Source of the DNA: the human T2T-CHM13v2.0 reference genome, Homo sapiens | DNA length: 64,000 nucleotides | Reading direction: 5' to 3' | Assembly (NCBI GenBank): GCA_009914755.4 | Contig: CP068257.2 | Coordinates: forward strand, 6,592,001-6,656,000 | Part shown: positions 1 through 12,613 of the stretch, piece after piece | Layout of the letters: each line of letters begins with the position of its first letter | Position numbering within the stretch: position 1 is the stretch's first letter | Made by a program: the position numbers and the translations under genes | The notes under the pieces: generated by a model | Told to the model about the DNA's origin: nothing | Database searches by the model: none | Seen by the model: the letters and a program-made list of their open reading frames with translations, nothing else

Positions 1-616
1 AGATACACAAGGAAGCTCTTACCAAAGTCATGGAGAGCAGGCAACATGTGGCAGAAGGGAATACAGAGGTGCAGAGGCTGATGATGTCAGAATCACAGGA
101 ACAGGATTTCTTTGGCTACTTTGGCTGAAATTCACCACTTCCATCCAATTCCAGTGAGAGACATGGACTCACAGATGCAGCATTTCTTGCAACAAGAGAT
201 ACTACTTTTTCAAAAAGTCACTGAGGAATTGATAGTGTTGAATGACTCAATACTCAATCGTGGACTGTTTCCAGTTCAAGGATACTTTCTACAGCAGAAT
301 AATAACACTAGCAAAGAGCTAGTACAAGGATGGTTTTGTGCTCAACTGAAATCCAGCTGAATACAGAATTGTATAGGAAACAGTTAATATGGTGATAGAA
401 TAGAAACAGTAGCAAATGTGAACTAAATCATGCTATGAATGCCTAAACTACTGCTGTAACTTTTGGAAAAATGATAATACCACTTTATTGCTTTTTGAAG
501 AATGAATATCTTAGTGTATATGCTCTAGACCTCAAACCCTATAAAGATTCTCAAAGAAGTTGGCTGGATAAAGCCTACTGTGGATGTCTTTATATTCAAA
601 GATTGATGATGCAATT
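1..616 (+). mobile_element. ERVL-MaLR internal region (3' portion, THE1/MST-int-like), directly upstream of its 3' LTR; paralogous to 28398-29014
   Basis: Continuous with the LTR at 617-965. About 88-90% identical to 28398-29014 by eye alignment. Short decayed ORFs (112..360). Confidence 0.55.
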
Positions 617-965
617 TGAATATGTGTCTCCTCCGAATCTCATGTTGAATTATATTTCCTAATGTGGAAGGTGGATCCTGGCATAACGTAATTGAATTAT
701 GAAGGCAAATTTCTCATGAATGGTTCAGCACCATCCCCTTGTACCGTCCTCACAATAATGAGTGACTTCTCATGAGGTCTGGTCACTGAAAACTCTATGT
801 CACCTCCCTACTCTCCGTGTTTTCCCCTTGCCATGTGAGACAACTAATTCTTTCTTTGCCTTCCATGATTATTGAAAGATATCTGAGGCCTCCTAGAAGC
901 AGAAGCACTGTGCTTAGAACCATGAGACAATTAAACCTATTTTTCAAAATAAATCATACAGAAAA
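617..965 (+). mobile_element. MaLR LTR (THE1/MST-like, ~350 bp)
   Basis: Matches the THE1-type LTR architecture: start ...caaatctcatgttgaattat..., mid ...catgaggtctggtc..., end ...catgagacaattaaacc...acagaaaat. Confidence 0.7.
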
Positions 966-1450
966 TGGCAAATGAGGACTGGAACACTGCTATAAAGATA
1001 CCTGGAAATGTGGAAGCAGCTTTGGAACCCGGTAATGGACGGAGGTTGGAAGAGTTTGGAAGGCTCAAAAGAAGACAGATAGATGAGAAAACTTTTGGAC
1101 CATCTTAGATTCTGGCTCAATTGTTGTGACAAAAATCCTGACAGAAACATGGACAATGAAGACCAGACTGAGGAGGTCTCAGAGAGAAATAAGCTTTCTG
1201 GAAAATGTCTTTATTTTGGATATGGAAAGCTTACACAATGCCTGTACCATCATTGTACCTTAGAAGCAGTGAACTTGCTTTTTTCAGAGACTCATAGGCA
1301 AAAGAGACTGCAGCCTTGACCCAGATGAGATTTGGACTTTGTAACTTTGAGTTAATCCTGAAATGAGTTAAGACTTTGGGAGACTGCTGGCAAGGCATGA
1401 TTGTATTTTGATGTGAGAAGGACATGAGATTCATGGGGTCAGGGACAGAA
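966..1450 (+). mobile_element. MaLR-type internal-sequence fragment (tail of the internal region of the array family)
   Basis: Same sequence as the internal tails at 4809-5152, 8074-8417 and 14573-14882 (...cttacacaatgcctgtaccatcattgtacc...gagaaggacatgagat...cagggacag). Confidence 0.55.
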
Positions 1451-1840
1451 TAATACGGTTTTTCTCTATGTCCCAACCAAAATTCATATGGAATTATATT
1501 TTGTAATGTTAGAGGCGGGGCCTAGGTGGAAAAAGATTTAGTCATAAAATGGTGCAGGTAGATACTTCACGAATGATAAAGGACCATCACCTTGATGCTA
1601 TCCTCCTGATAGTGAGTGACTTCTCATGAGATCTGGTTGTTTAACAGGCTGTGGAACCTCTTTCCTCACTCTGTCTTCCTCCTACTCCTGCTTTAGGAGA
1701 CATCTCATTGTCCCTTGGCTTTCTGATATAACGAGGAGTCTTCCTGATTCCTCCCAGAAACAGAAGACACAATGATTCCTTCACAGCTTGCAGAAACATG
1801 AGTCAATTACATGTCTTTTATTTACAATAATACAGAAAAT
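1451..1840 (+). mobile_element. MaLR LTR (diverged THE1/MST/MLT1-like, complete ~390 bp)
   Basis: aataatacggtttttctctatgtccc...ggcctaggtgg...gatagtgagtgacttctcatgagatctggttg...catgagtcaattac...acagaaaat is colinear with the THE1 LTR consensus. Confidence 0.7.
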
Positions 1841-2084
1841 TAGAACTGCAGAGAGGAGCTGTGAAGTGTCTTCAAGGCCTTTTTCCCTTTGTCTTGGCTA
1901 TTAGCACAGGGCTTCTTTATATGCAAATTTCTGAAATCTTCTTGAATGTTTCCCCTTAAATGGGATTTTTGTTATTGCTACCTAGCCAACCTGCTATACA
2001 GATAGCTAAAAAAGTAGAAGCAGGCTCAATAGTGGGTAGCAAACAAAGATTGGAAGGGCTTGGAGGGATTAGAGTACTAGAGGG

Positions 2085-2793
2085 AGTGGGAGGGAGTGAT
2101 TTAATCATGGATGGGTGGGGGTGTATGTGGAAGGGAAAAAGGGGTGGGTAGGGTGGGAGGGAGTAGACTGGCTGTATGGTGGTGGGAAGGTGGTGGGTAG
2201 TAGGAAGGGGGAGTAGCCTGCTGCAGAGGCAGAGCCTCATGGAAAATGCCTACTGGGGAAGTGCACCTGTGGCTTTGCAGGTCTGAGCCCCCATGGCTGC
2301 TCTCATAGATTGGACTAGTGTTGAGTGCCTGTAGCTTTTCCACACGGAGGGTGCAAGCTGTTGGTGGGTCTATGTATCTGGGGTCTGGAGGGTGGTAGCA
2401 TGGGGGCTCCAAGTCCATATTTTCCTTCTGCACTGCCCTAGTAGAGGTTTCCCAAGAACTCTTCGTCTGCAGGAGGCTACTGCATGGAAACAGTAGGAGG
2501 TGGGTGTGGGAGGCAGATCCTTCACCAATGGTTAGGCAACGTCTTCTTGATGCTGTCCTCATGATAGTGTGTTCTCATGAGATCTGGTTATATAACGGGG
2601 TGGCAACTCTTTCCTCTCGCAGTCTTGCTTCTACTCCTGCCATTTGAAATATCTCATTGCCCCTTGGCCTTCTGGTATGATTGGGAGGCTTCCTGATCTG
2701 ATCCTCCCAGAAGCAGAAGCCACTAAGCTTCCTTTACAGCCTGCTGTATAGTGAGCCAATTAAACCTCTTTTCTTTATGATCATACAGAAAAT
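2085..2793 (+). mobile_element. MaLR LTR (5' truncated) with a ~400 bp insert (G-rich segment plus inverted internal segment 2221-2480)
   Basis: LTR core motifs flank the insert. The insert is the reverse complement of the internal sequence at ~3869-4095. Confidence 0.65.
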
Positions 2794-4506
2794 CAGTGCT
2801 ATGAAGTGGAGCCATGAAATGCCTTCAAGGCCCTTTCCCCTTTGTCTTGGCAACCAGCACTCAGCTTCTTTTCATGCAAATATCTGAAGCCTTCGTGAAT
2901 TTTCCCCCGAAAATGGACTTTTCTGTTTTACCACATTGCCAGGCTCTGATAAAGATAGCTGACAATGTAGAACCAGGTTCAGAAGTGAGTAAAAGACAGA
3001 GGTCAGAAGAATTGGGAAAGCTTAGAAGACAGCAAGATGAGGAAAATATTGGACCACTATAGAGAATTGTTAAATACTTGTGATTAGAAGGCTGACAAAA
3101 GTTTAAACACTGAAGTCCAGACTTAAAAGGTCTCAGATGAAAATGAGGAATTTCCTATTAATAGAAGCCAAGATTACATTTGATTGGCCTTAGCAAAGAA
3201 GCTGGCTGCACGGGGACCCTGCCCTGGAGATCTGTGAAACTAGGAACTTAGGGGTGATGATTTAGGATGTATTTGGTGAAATGAACATCTAGGCAGCATA
3301 ACACAAGAGGTGACCTGTCCGCATTGAACAGCCTGTGTTCTTAAGGGTGACCTAAGAAATGACTTCAAGTTGGAACTTCAAGTGGAGATCTAAAGTTTGG
3401 AAAATTTGGAGCCTGGCCAAGTGGTCAAAAAGAAAAGCCGATTTTGAGGGGGAAATTTCAAGAAGGCTTAGGGTATTTGCATAAAAAGGAACCCAGTGCA
3501 AATAGCCAAGACAGTTTGAAACCGGCCTTGAAGGTATTTTAGAGAAGTCTGCAGCAGCCCTTGCTGTCACAGGCCCCTTGGCCTAGGAGAGAAGAATGGT
3601 TTCCTACGCCAGTCCCATGGCCCTGCTGCTGTGTTCAACCGCAGGACACTGCTGCCTGCATCTGTGCAGCTCCAGCACCAGCCATGGCTGAAAGACATAC
3701 AGGTACAGCTCGGGTCATTGCTTCAGAGGTGGCTCAAAGTCTTGAAGGTTTCCATATAGTGTTAAGCCAGTAGGTGCACAGAGAAAGAGACTAGAGGCTT
3801 GGGAGCTCCCGTCTAGACTCCAGAAGATGTACAGAAAATCCTGGATGTTCAGGAAGAAGCTTTTCCAAGAGGCAGAGCCTTATGGGGAACCTCTACTAGG
3901 GGAGCAAAGAAGGGACATATAAGGTTGAAGCCCCCACACAGGGAGGCATCACTCTCTAAACCCCAGATTCATAGACCCACAAACAGCTTGCACCCCTGGT
4001 GTGGAAAAGCTATGGGCACTCAACAACAGCCCTGTCCATGAGAGACAGCCACTGAGGCTGAACGCTGTAAAACCACAGGGGCAGATCTGCCCAAGGCCTT
4101 GGGAGCTCAGCCCTCACAGCCCTGTGCCATGGATATGGGACAAGGATTCAAAAATGATGATTTTGGAGCTGTAGCATTGAGTGACTGGCCTGCTGGGTTT
4201 TGGACATTTATGTATCCTATGAGTCCCTTCTGGGTTTTGTGCTTCTTTCTAGGAATTATTTTTTTCTGTTGGCTGGGAATGCTTACCCATTGCCTGTACA
4301 ATCCTTGTACCTTGGAAGTAGTAAATTTTCTTTATAATTCAGTGACTTATGGGCATAAGGGACTGTAAACTTGTCTCAGATAAGACTCTGGGCTTTGGGC
4401 CTTTGAGTAAATGCTGGAATGAGTTAAGATTTGAGAGACTCTAGGGAAGGCATCATTGCATTTTGCAATGTGAGAAAGACATGAACTTTGGGGGACCAGG
4501 GACAGA
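2794..4506 (+). mobile_element. MaLR internal region (full ~1.7 kb), unit A
   Basis: Begins right after the LTR end (..acagaaaat|cagtgctatgaagtggagccatgaaatgcc) and ends at the next LTR start (..cagggacag|aataatatgttttggctc). Confidence 0.65.
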
Positions 4507-5152
4507 ATAATATGTTTTGGCTCTCTCTCTCTACCAAAGCTCATGTGGAATATTAATGGGAAATGTTAAAAGTGGGGGCTGGTGGAAGGTGATTTCATCA
4601 TGGTGAAGAGTGGAGGTTGGATGGTTGGGGGGCGGGGAGGGTTGGAGGGATTGGGGGGCGAGGAGGGTTGGAGGGGATTGGGGGTTGGGAGGGTTGGAGG
4701 GGATTGTGGTGGGGTTGGGGATGAAAGGCAGGGGTGGGGGTTGATCCTTCACAAATGGTTAAACACCATCTCCTTAATGCTGTCCTTCTGATAGTGAGTT
4801 CTCTTCATGATTTTGGAGCTGTGAGATTGAATGAACACTGACCTACTGTATTTTGGATGTCCACTGGGCCTGTGGTCCCATTAGTGTTATTTTTCTTGGA
4901 AATTTCTTTCCTTTGGATTGAGAAAGCTTACCCAGTACCTGTACCATCATTGTACCTTGAAAGAAACAAACACCCTTTTAACTTCAGGGAATCATAGGCA
5001 GAAGAAACTGTAGCGTTGTCTCAGATGAGACTTTGAACTTTTTACATTTGAGTTAATGCAGGAAGGAGTTAAGGCTTTTGGAAACTTTTGAAAAGGTATG
5101 AATGTATTTTATTCTGTGAGAAGGATATGAGATTTGGGGGGTCAAGGTCAGC
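4507..5152 (+). mobile_element. Half-LTR (4507-4808, with a G-rich 19-20 bp tandem motif at 4611-4745) fused to an internal tail segment (4809-5152)
   Basis: The LTR breaks at gatagtgagttctc and joins the internal tail gattttggagctgtgagattgaatg...; the same junction is present in every unit. Confidence 0.65.
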
Positions 5153-5935
5153 ATAATATGATTTGGCTGTGTGCCCCTGGAAAAACTCATGTGGAATTGT
5201 AATGCCAAATGTTGGAAGCAGGACCAGGTGGGAGATTATTTAATCATGGATGGGAGGGGTAGGGGTGGAAAAAAATGGGGTGGGTAGGGTGGGGAAGAGT
5301 AGGCTGGCTGTAGGGTGGTGGGAGGGTGGTGGGTAGTAGGAAGGGGGAGTAGACTGCTGCAGAGGCAGAGGCTCATGGAAACCTCTACCAGGGCAGTGTG
5401 CCTGTGGCTTTGCAGGCTTTAGCTCCCATGGCTTCTCTCATGGGCTGGGCTGGTGTTGAGTGCCTATCACTTTTCCATACTGAGGGTGTGAACTGTTGGT
5501 AGGTCTATGAATCTGGGGTCTAGAGGATGGTGGCCTCCTGCATAGTCACTCAAAGCCCTTATTTTCCTTCCGCACTGCCATAGTACAGGATTCCCAAGAG
5601 CCTCTGCCTCTGCAGCAGGCTTCTGTCTGGAACACTAGGAGGTGGAGCTGTGTTGGGGGGCGGATCCTTCACCAATGGTTAAGCACCATCTTCTTGATGC
5701 TGACCTAGTGATAGTGAGTCCTCATGAGATCTGGTTATATAACGGTGTGGCACTTCTTTCCTCTCTCAGCCTTGCTCTTACTCCTGCCGTATGAAACATT
5801 TCATTGCTGTTTTCCTACTGGTATGATTGGGAGGCTTCCTGAGTCCTCCCAGAAGCAGAAGCCACTATGCTTTCTTTACAGCCTGCAGAACCATGAGCCA
5901 ATTAAACCCCTTTTCATTATGATCATACAGAAAAT
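5153..5935 (+). mobile_element. MaLR LTR with insert (inverted internal segment ~5356-5625), unit B
   Basis: ataatatgatttggctgtgtgcccc...catgagccaattaaacc...acagaaaat. Confidence 0.7.
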
Positions 5936-7610
5936 AAAGTACTGTGAAGTGGAGCTATGAAATATCTGCAATGACATTTCCCCATCGTCTTGGCTATTAG
6001 CACTGGACTTCTTTTTAATGCAAATATCTGAAGCCTTTTGAAGTTTCCCCCTGAAAATGGACTTCTTTTTCTTCTACATTGCCAGGCTGCAATAAAGATA
6101 GCTGAAAATGTAAAGCAGGTTCAGAAGTGGGTAACAGCCAGAGGTTGGAGAGTTTGGAGAGCTTGAAAGAAGACAGGAAGATGAAAGAAATTTTGGACCA
6201 TAGTAGGCACTTGTTGAATAGTTGTGATTAAAAGGCTGGCAGAAGGATGGACAGTGAAGGCCAGGCTTACAAGGTCTCAGATGAAAATGAGGAAATTACT
6301 GGGAACAGGAGCCAAGGTTACTTTTGTTTTGCTATAGCAAAGAACATGGCTGCAGGGCGACCTTGCCCTCGAGATCTGTGAAACTTTGAACTTGAGGGTG
6401 ATGATTTAGTACATATCTGGTGGAATGAACTTCTAGGCAGCATAGCACAAGGGGGATCCTGTCTGCATCAAACAGCCTGTGCTGTTGTGTGACCGAGGTT
6501 ATGTGTGACCGAGGAAATGACCTCAAGTTGGAACTTATATTTAAAAATGACAAGCAGAGCTCAAAAGTTTGGAACATTTGCAGCCTGGCCAAGTGGTCAA
6601 AAAGAAAAGCTGATTTTCAGGGGGAAAATTCATGAAGGCTCCAGAAATTTGCATAAAATGGAGGCCAGTGCTAATAGCCAAGACAATGGGGGAAAAAGCC
6701 TTGGAGGCATTTCAGAGATGTTTACAGCAGCATTTACTGTCACAGACCCTGGGGCCTCGGAGAGAATGGTTTCCGGGGCCAGCCCCATGGCCCTGCTGCT
6801 GTGTGCAGCCTCAGGACACTGCTGCCTGCATCCCAGCAGCCCAGCTCCTGCTCCGACCTTGGCTGAAAGATACACAGCTACAGATTGCATCACTGCTTCA
6901 GAGGGTACAAGCTATAAGGCTTCATGGCTTCCACATAGTGTTAAGCCAGCGAGTCCATAGAGCACTAGCCCAGAGGCTTCGGAGCCCTCATATAGATTTT
7001 GGAAGATGTACGAAAATGCTTGGGTGTCCAGACAGAAGGCTGCCAAAAAGCAGAGCCTCTTGGGAAACCTCTACTAGGGCAGTGCAGAAGGAAAATATGG
7101 GGTTGGAGCCCCCACACCGGAGGCCACCATCATGCAGACCCCAGACTCATAGACCCACCAAGAGTTTTGTACCCTCTGTGGGTGAAAACTACAGGCACTC
7201 AACACCAGCACAGCCCATGAGGGCAGCTGTGGGGACTGAAAACTGCAAAGCCACAGGTGCAGACCTGCCCAAGGCCTTGGGAGCCCAGCCCTCATGCCCT
7301 TGTGCCCTGGATGTGGGGCAAGGATTAAAAAAGGATGACTTTGGAGCTGTAGGTTTTAATAACTGGCCTGCTGGGTTTTGGATTTTCATGGGATCTGTAA
7401 GTCCCATTTGTGTTTCATTGCTTCTCTGGCAAAAATCTTCCTTTAGGATGGGAATTCTTACTCAATGCCTGGACAATCATACCTTGGAAGTAGTTAACTT
7501 GCTTTGTATTTCAGAGGCTCAGGAGCAGAACGGACAGCATCTTTGTCTCAGATGAGACTTTGGGCTTCAGACATTTAAGTAAATGCTGGAATGAGTTAAG
7601 ACGTTGGGGG
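5936..7610 (+). mobile_element. MaLR internal region, unit B. Holds the longest ORF in the window (6632..7555, 307 aa, no recognisable domain)
   Basis: Colinear with 2794-4506. The ORF is low-complexity and lies in a repeat. Confidence 0.6.
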
Positions 7611-7738
7611 TTTTAGCCAAGACGATGGGGAAAAGTCATTAAAGGCGTTTCATAGCTTCACTTCACAGTACTAATTTTCTGTATGATCATAACAAAAAGG
7701 GGTTTAATTGGCTCATCGTTCTGCAGGCTGTAAAAAAA
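7611..7738 (-). repeat. Small inverted fragment: reverse complement of the LTR-end/internal-start junction
   Basis: The reverse complement of tttcatagcttcacttcacagtactaattttctgtatgatcataa...ggtttaattggctcatcgttctgcaggctgtaaa matches the junction at ~5890-5990. Confidence 0.55.
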
Positions 7739-7825
7739 AAGCATAGTGGCTTGGGGAATGGTAAGTAAGGCATCACTGTATTTTGCAAAGTGAGAAGGAC
7801 ATGAGATTTGGGGAGGCAGGGACAG

Positions 7826-8417
7826 AAGAATAAGATTCGGCTGTGTGTCCCTATGGAAACTCATGTGGAATTGTAATCAGAAATGTTAAAATTGGGGCCA
7901 GGTGGAAGGTGATTTAATCATGGAGGGCACTGGGTGTTGGAAGGTGGAGATTGGGGAGGATGGGTGGATTATGCTGGGGGTGAGGGGTGAAAAGTGGGGG
8001 TGGGGGGATGATCCCTCACAAGTAGTTAAACACCATCTCCTTAATCCTTTCCTCATGATGGTGAGTTCTCGTGACGGTTTTGGAGCTGTGTGATTGAATG
8101 GATACTGACCTCCTGGGTTTTGGACTTGCGTTGGCCCTGTGATCACATTTGTGTTATTTTCCTGGCAAACTTCTACCCTTTGGATTGAGAAAACTTACCC
8201 AATGCCTGTACCATCATTGTACCTTGAAAGAAAAGAACTCACTTTTAAATTCAGGGACTTATAGGCAAAAGGGACTGTAGCCTTTTCTCAGGTGAGACGT
8301 GGAACTTTTTACATTCGAGTTAATGCTGAAATGACTTAAGACTTTTGGCAACTTTTGAAAAGGCATGATTGTATTTTACTCTGTGAGAAGGATATGATAT
8401 TTGGGGGATCAGGGTCA
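7826..8417 (+). mobile_element. Half-LTR (7826-8073, G-rich motif) plus internal tail (8074-8417)
   Basis: Same junction as at 4808/4809. Confidence 0.6.
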
Positions 8418-9185
8418 GAATAGTATGATTTAGCTGCGTGTCCCTACCTAAACTCACATGTAATTGTAATCCTGAATGTTGCAGGTGGGGCCTGGTGGGA
8501 AGTGACTTATTCATGGATGGGAGAGGGGTGGAGTTGGAAGTAAAAACAGGTGGGTAAGGTGGGGAGACGTAGGCTGGCTGTAGGGTGGTGTGTAGCAGGA
8601 GGGGAGTAGCCTGCCACAGAGGCAGAGGCTCATGGAAAACCTCTACTAAGGCAGTGCACCTGTGGCTTTGCAGGGTTTAGCACCTGCAGCTGCCCTCATG
8701 GGCTGGGCTGCTGTTGAGTGCCTGAAGCTTTTCCATACTGGGGGTGTGAGCTGTTGGTAGGTCCATGACTCTTGGGCTGTAGGATGGTGGCGTGGGGGCT
8801 CCAAGCCCATATTTTCCTTTTGCACTGCCCTAGTAGAGGTTTTCCAGGCGGATCTGTCTCTGTCTCAGGCTTTTGCTTGGAAACAGTGGGTAGTGGATAT
8901 GGGGTGGTGGGCGGATCCTTCACCAACAGTTAAGCACCATCTTGATGCTGACCTTCTGATAGTGAGCTCTCATGAGATCTAGTTGTATAACTGGATATTG
9001 CACTTCTTTCCTCTCTCTGTCTTGCTTCTACTCCTGCCATATGAAACATTTCATTGCTGCTTGGCCTTCTGGTATAATTGGGAGGCTTCCTGAGTCCCCC
9101 TACAAGCAGAAACCACTATGCTTTCTTTACAGCGTGAAGAACTGTGAGTCAATTAGACCTCTTTTCTTTATGTAGATACAGAAAA
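8418..9185 (+). mobile_element. MaLR LTR with insert (inverted internal segment ~8617-8875), unit C
   Basis: LTR motifs; ends ..gtgagtcaattagacc...acagaaaat. Confidence 0.7.
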
Positions 9186-10915
9186 TTAATGCTGTGAAGT
9201 GAAGTTATGAAATGACTTCTAGGTGTTTCCCCCATTCTCTTGGCTATTAGCGCTGAGCTTCTTTCAATGCAAATATTGGAGGCCATCTTGATGTTTCCCC
9301 TGATAATGGACTTTCCTTCTTTTACCACATTACCAGGCTGCAGCAAAGATAGCTGACAGTGTAGACGCAGGTTCCAAATTGGGTAGTGGCCAGAGGTTAG
9401 AGAGTTTGGAGAGCTTGGAAGAAGACAGGAAGATGAGGGAAATTTTGCACCATTGCAGAGACTTATTAAATAGTTGTGAGTAAAAGGCTGACAGAAGGAT
9501 GGACAGTGAAGACCAGCCTTGTAAGGTCTCAGATGAAAATGAGGAACTTACTGGGAAAAGGAGCCAAGGTTTTTTTGTTTTGACTTAGCAAAATAATTGG
9601 CTACACAGTGACCCTTCCCGGGAGATCTGTGAAACTGAACTCGAGGGTGATAATTTAGGGTGTATTTGGTGGAATGAACTTCTAAGCAGCAAAGTTCAAG
9701 AGTTGTACTGCCTACATCGAACAGCCTGTGCTCCTATGTGTGATGAAAGAAATGACCATAAGTTGGAACTTATATTTAAATGAGAAACATAGCTTCAACA
9801 TTTGGAAAATTTGTAATCTGGACAAGTGGTCAAAAAGAAAAGCTGATTTTCAGGGGGAAAATCAAGAAGGTTTAGGATATTTGCATAAAAAGGAGCCCAA
9901 TGCTAATAATTCAAGACAATGGGAAAAAGGCCTTGAAGGCATTTCAGAGACCTTTGTAGCAGTCCTTGCTGTCACTGGCCCTGGGGTTTAGGAGAAAAGA
10001 ATAGTTTCCTGGCTCAGCCCCATGGCTCCACTGCTGAGTGCAGCCTCAGGACACTACTGCCTGCATCCCTGCAGCTCCTTTTACAGCTTCAGCCATGGAT
10101 GAAAGATGTACAGGTACAGCTTGCAACACTGCTTCAGAGGATGCAAGCTCCAAGCCTTGGTGGCTTCTACATAGTGTTAAGCCAGCAGGTGCATAAAGCA
10201 CAGGACTAGAAGCTTCAGAGCCTTCGTCTGGACTCCAGAGAATATATCAGAAAGCCTGAGTGTCTAGCCAGAAGCTTTTCCAAGAGGCAGAGCCTCATGG
10301 TAAACCTCTACTCAGGTAGTAAACAAGGAAAGTATAGGGTTGGAGACCCCATAGAGGGAGGCACCATTTTCCAGACCTCGGTTTCATAGACCCACCAGCT
10401 GCTTGCACCCTTAGTGTTGAAAAGCTACAGGTATTCAACGCCAGCCTAGCCAATGAAGTCAGCTGTAGGGGGAAGAGTCTGCAATGCCACATGTGCAGAG
10501 CTGCCCAAGGCCTTGGGATCCCAGCCATCGCACCACCCTGTGCTCTGGATGTGGACATAGATTCCAAAAAGATGATTTGGAGCTGTATGATGGAATGACT
10601 GGCCTGCTGTGTTTTTGACTTGCAGGTGGTTTTTAAGTCTCATCTGTGTTTTGTGCTTCTTTCTGGCAAGTTTCTTCTTTTTGGCTTGGAATGCTTACCC
10701 AATGCCTGTACAATCATTGTACCTTGGAAGTGGTTAACTTGCTTTGTATTTCAGAGGCTCAGGGCAGAAGGTATGGCAGCCTTGTCTCAGAAGAGACTTT
10801 GGGCTTTAGACATTTGAGTAAACGCTGGGATGAGTTAAGATTTGGGGGACTCTAGGGAAGGCATCATTGCGTTTTGCAATGTGAGAAAGACATGAACTTT
10901 GGGGGACCAGGGACA
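9186..10915 (+). mobile_element. MaLR internal region, unit C
   Basis: Colinear with the other internal copies. Confidence 0.6.
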
Positions 10916-11815
10916 GAATAATATGTTTTGGCTCTGTGTCTCTACCAAAACTCATATGGAATTTTAATGGGAAATGTTAAAGGTGGGGGCTGGTGGAAGG
11001 TGATTTAATCATGATGGAGAGTGGAGGTGGGATGGTTGGGGGGGTGGGGAGGGTGGGGGTGATTAGGGGGTGGGGAGGGTTGGGGTGATTGTGGTGGGGT
11101 TGGGGGTGAAAGGCAGGGGCGGGGGGTGCATCCTTCACAAATGGACATTTGAGTAAATGCTGGAATGAGTTCAGACACTGGGGGACTGTAGAGGATGCAT
11201 CATTGTATTTTGCAGTATGAGAAGGATGTGAGATTGGGGAGCCAAAGGGAGAATAAAATGATTTGGCTCTATGTCCCTACCAAAACTCATGTTGAATTGT
11301 AATGGGGAATGTTAAACGTGGGGCTTGGTAGAAGATGATTTAATCATGGTAGAGAATGGGGGTTGGAAGGGGGATGTAGGAGAACGGAGGTTCATGGTGT
11401 GAGTGAAGGTGAAACATGGTGACGGGTGACAGATCCTTCACAAATGGTTAAATACTATCTCCTTAATGCAGTCTGTGTGATAGTGAGTTCTCATGATAAA
11501 TGAATGCTGTCCTGCTGGGTTTTGGAGTCGGATTGGGCCTGTGTCCCATTTGTGTTATTTTTCTGGGAAAATCTTCCCTTTGGTTTGAGAAAGCTTACCC
11601 AGTGCCTGTGCCATCGTTTTAACTTGAAAGAAAAGAATTGCATTTTACATTCAGGGACTTATAGGCAGAAGGGATTGGTCTTGTTCTGGATGAGACTTGA
11701 ACTTACTACATTTGAGTTACTGCTGGAATGAGTTAAGACTTTTTGAAACTTTTGAAAAGGCATGTTTGTATTTTTCTGTGTGAGAAAGACTTGAGATGTG
11801 GGGGTGTCAGGGTCA
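10916..11815 (+). mobile_element. Half-LTR (10916-11144), then a local duplication of internal tail plus half-LTR (11145-11493), then internal tail (11494-11815)
   Basis: At ~11144 the sequence jumps back to ...gacatttgagtaaatgctggaatgag..., repeating ~10806-11140. Confidence 0.55.
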
Positions 11816-12613
11816 GGATAATATGGTTCGGCTGTGTTTCTCTACAAAAACTCATGGGGAACAGCATTCCTGACTGTTGTAGGTGGGACCTGGTGGGAGG
11901 TGATTTAATCACAAACAGGAGGTTGGTAGGGGTGAAAGGGAAAATAAATGGGTAGGGTGGGGAGGAGTAGGCTGGCAGTAGGGTGGTGAGAGGGTGGTGG
12001 GCAGTAGGAAGGGGGAGTAGCCTGCTGCAGAGGCAGATCCTCATGGAAAACCTCTACCAGGGCTGTGCACCTGTGGTTTGCAGGGTGTAGCCGCCGTGGC
12101 TGCCCTCATAGGCTGGGCTGGTGTTGAGTGCCTGTAGCTTTTCCATACTGAGATTGCAAGCTGTTGGTGGGTCTATGAATCTGGGGTCTGAGGATGGTAA
12201 CCTCATGCGTGGGGCCTCCAAGCCCATCTATTTTTTCTGCTCTGCCCTAGTAGAGGTTTTCCTAGTGGCTCTGCCTCTGCCTCAGGCTTCTGCCTGGAAA
12301 CAGTGAGGGGTGTGGGTGGTAGGGGGCAGATCTTTCACCAATGGTTAAGCAATATCTTGATACTGACCTTGTGATAGTGAGTTCTCAGGAAATCTGGTTG
12401 TATAACAGGGTTATACAACGTGTGGCACCTTTTTCCTCTCTCTGTTTTTTTTTCTACTTCTGCCATATAAAACATCCCATTGCTGCTTGGTCTTCTGGTA
12501 TGATTGGGAGGCTTCCTGAATCTTCCCAGAAGCAGAAGCCTCTATGATTTATTTAGAGCTTGCAGAAACATCAGCCAGTTTAACCTCTTTTCTTTCTGAT
12601 TATACAAAAAAAT
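11816..12613 (+). mobile_element. MaLR LTR with insert (inverted internal segment ~12027-12290), unit D
   Basis: LTR motifs; ends ..atcagccagtttaacc... Confidence 0.65.

Noticed and set aside
6632-7555. Longest ORF in the window (307 aa, plus strand) as a candidate gene
   Set aside because: It lies entirely within the MaLR internal region, is low-complexity (Pro/Ala/Cys/Gln-rich) and has no recognisable domain. Paralogous copies in other units are interrupted by stops, and part of it is mirrored on the opposite strand inside the LTR insert. It is a chance ORF in a repeat.
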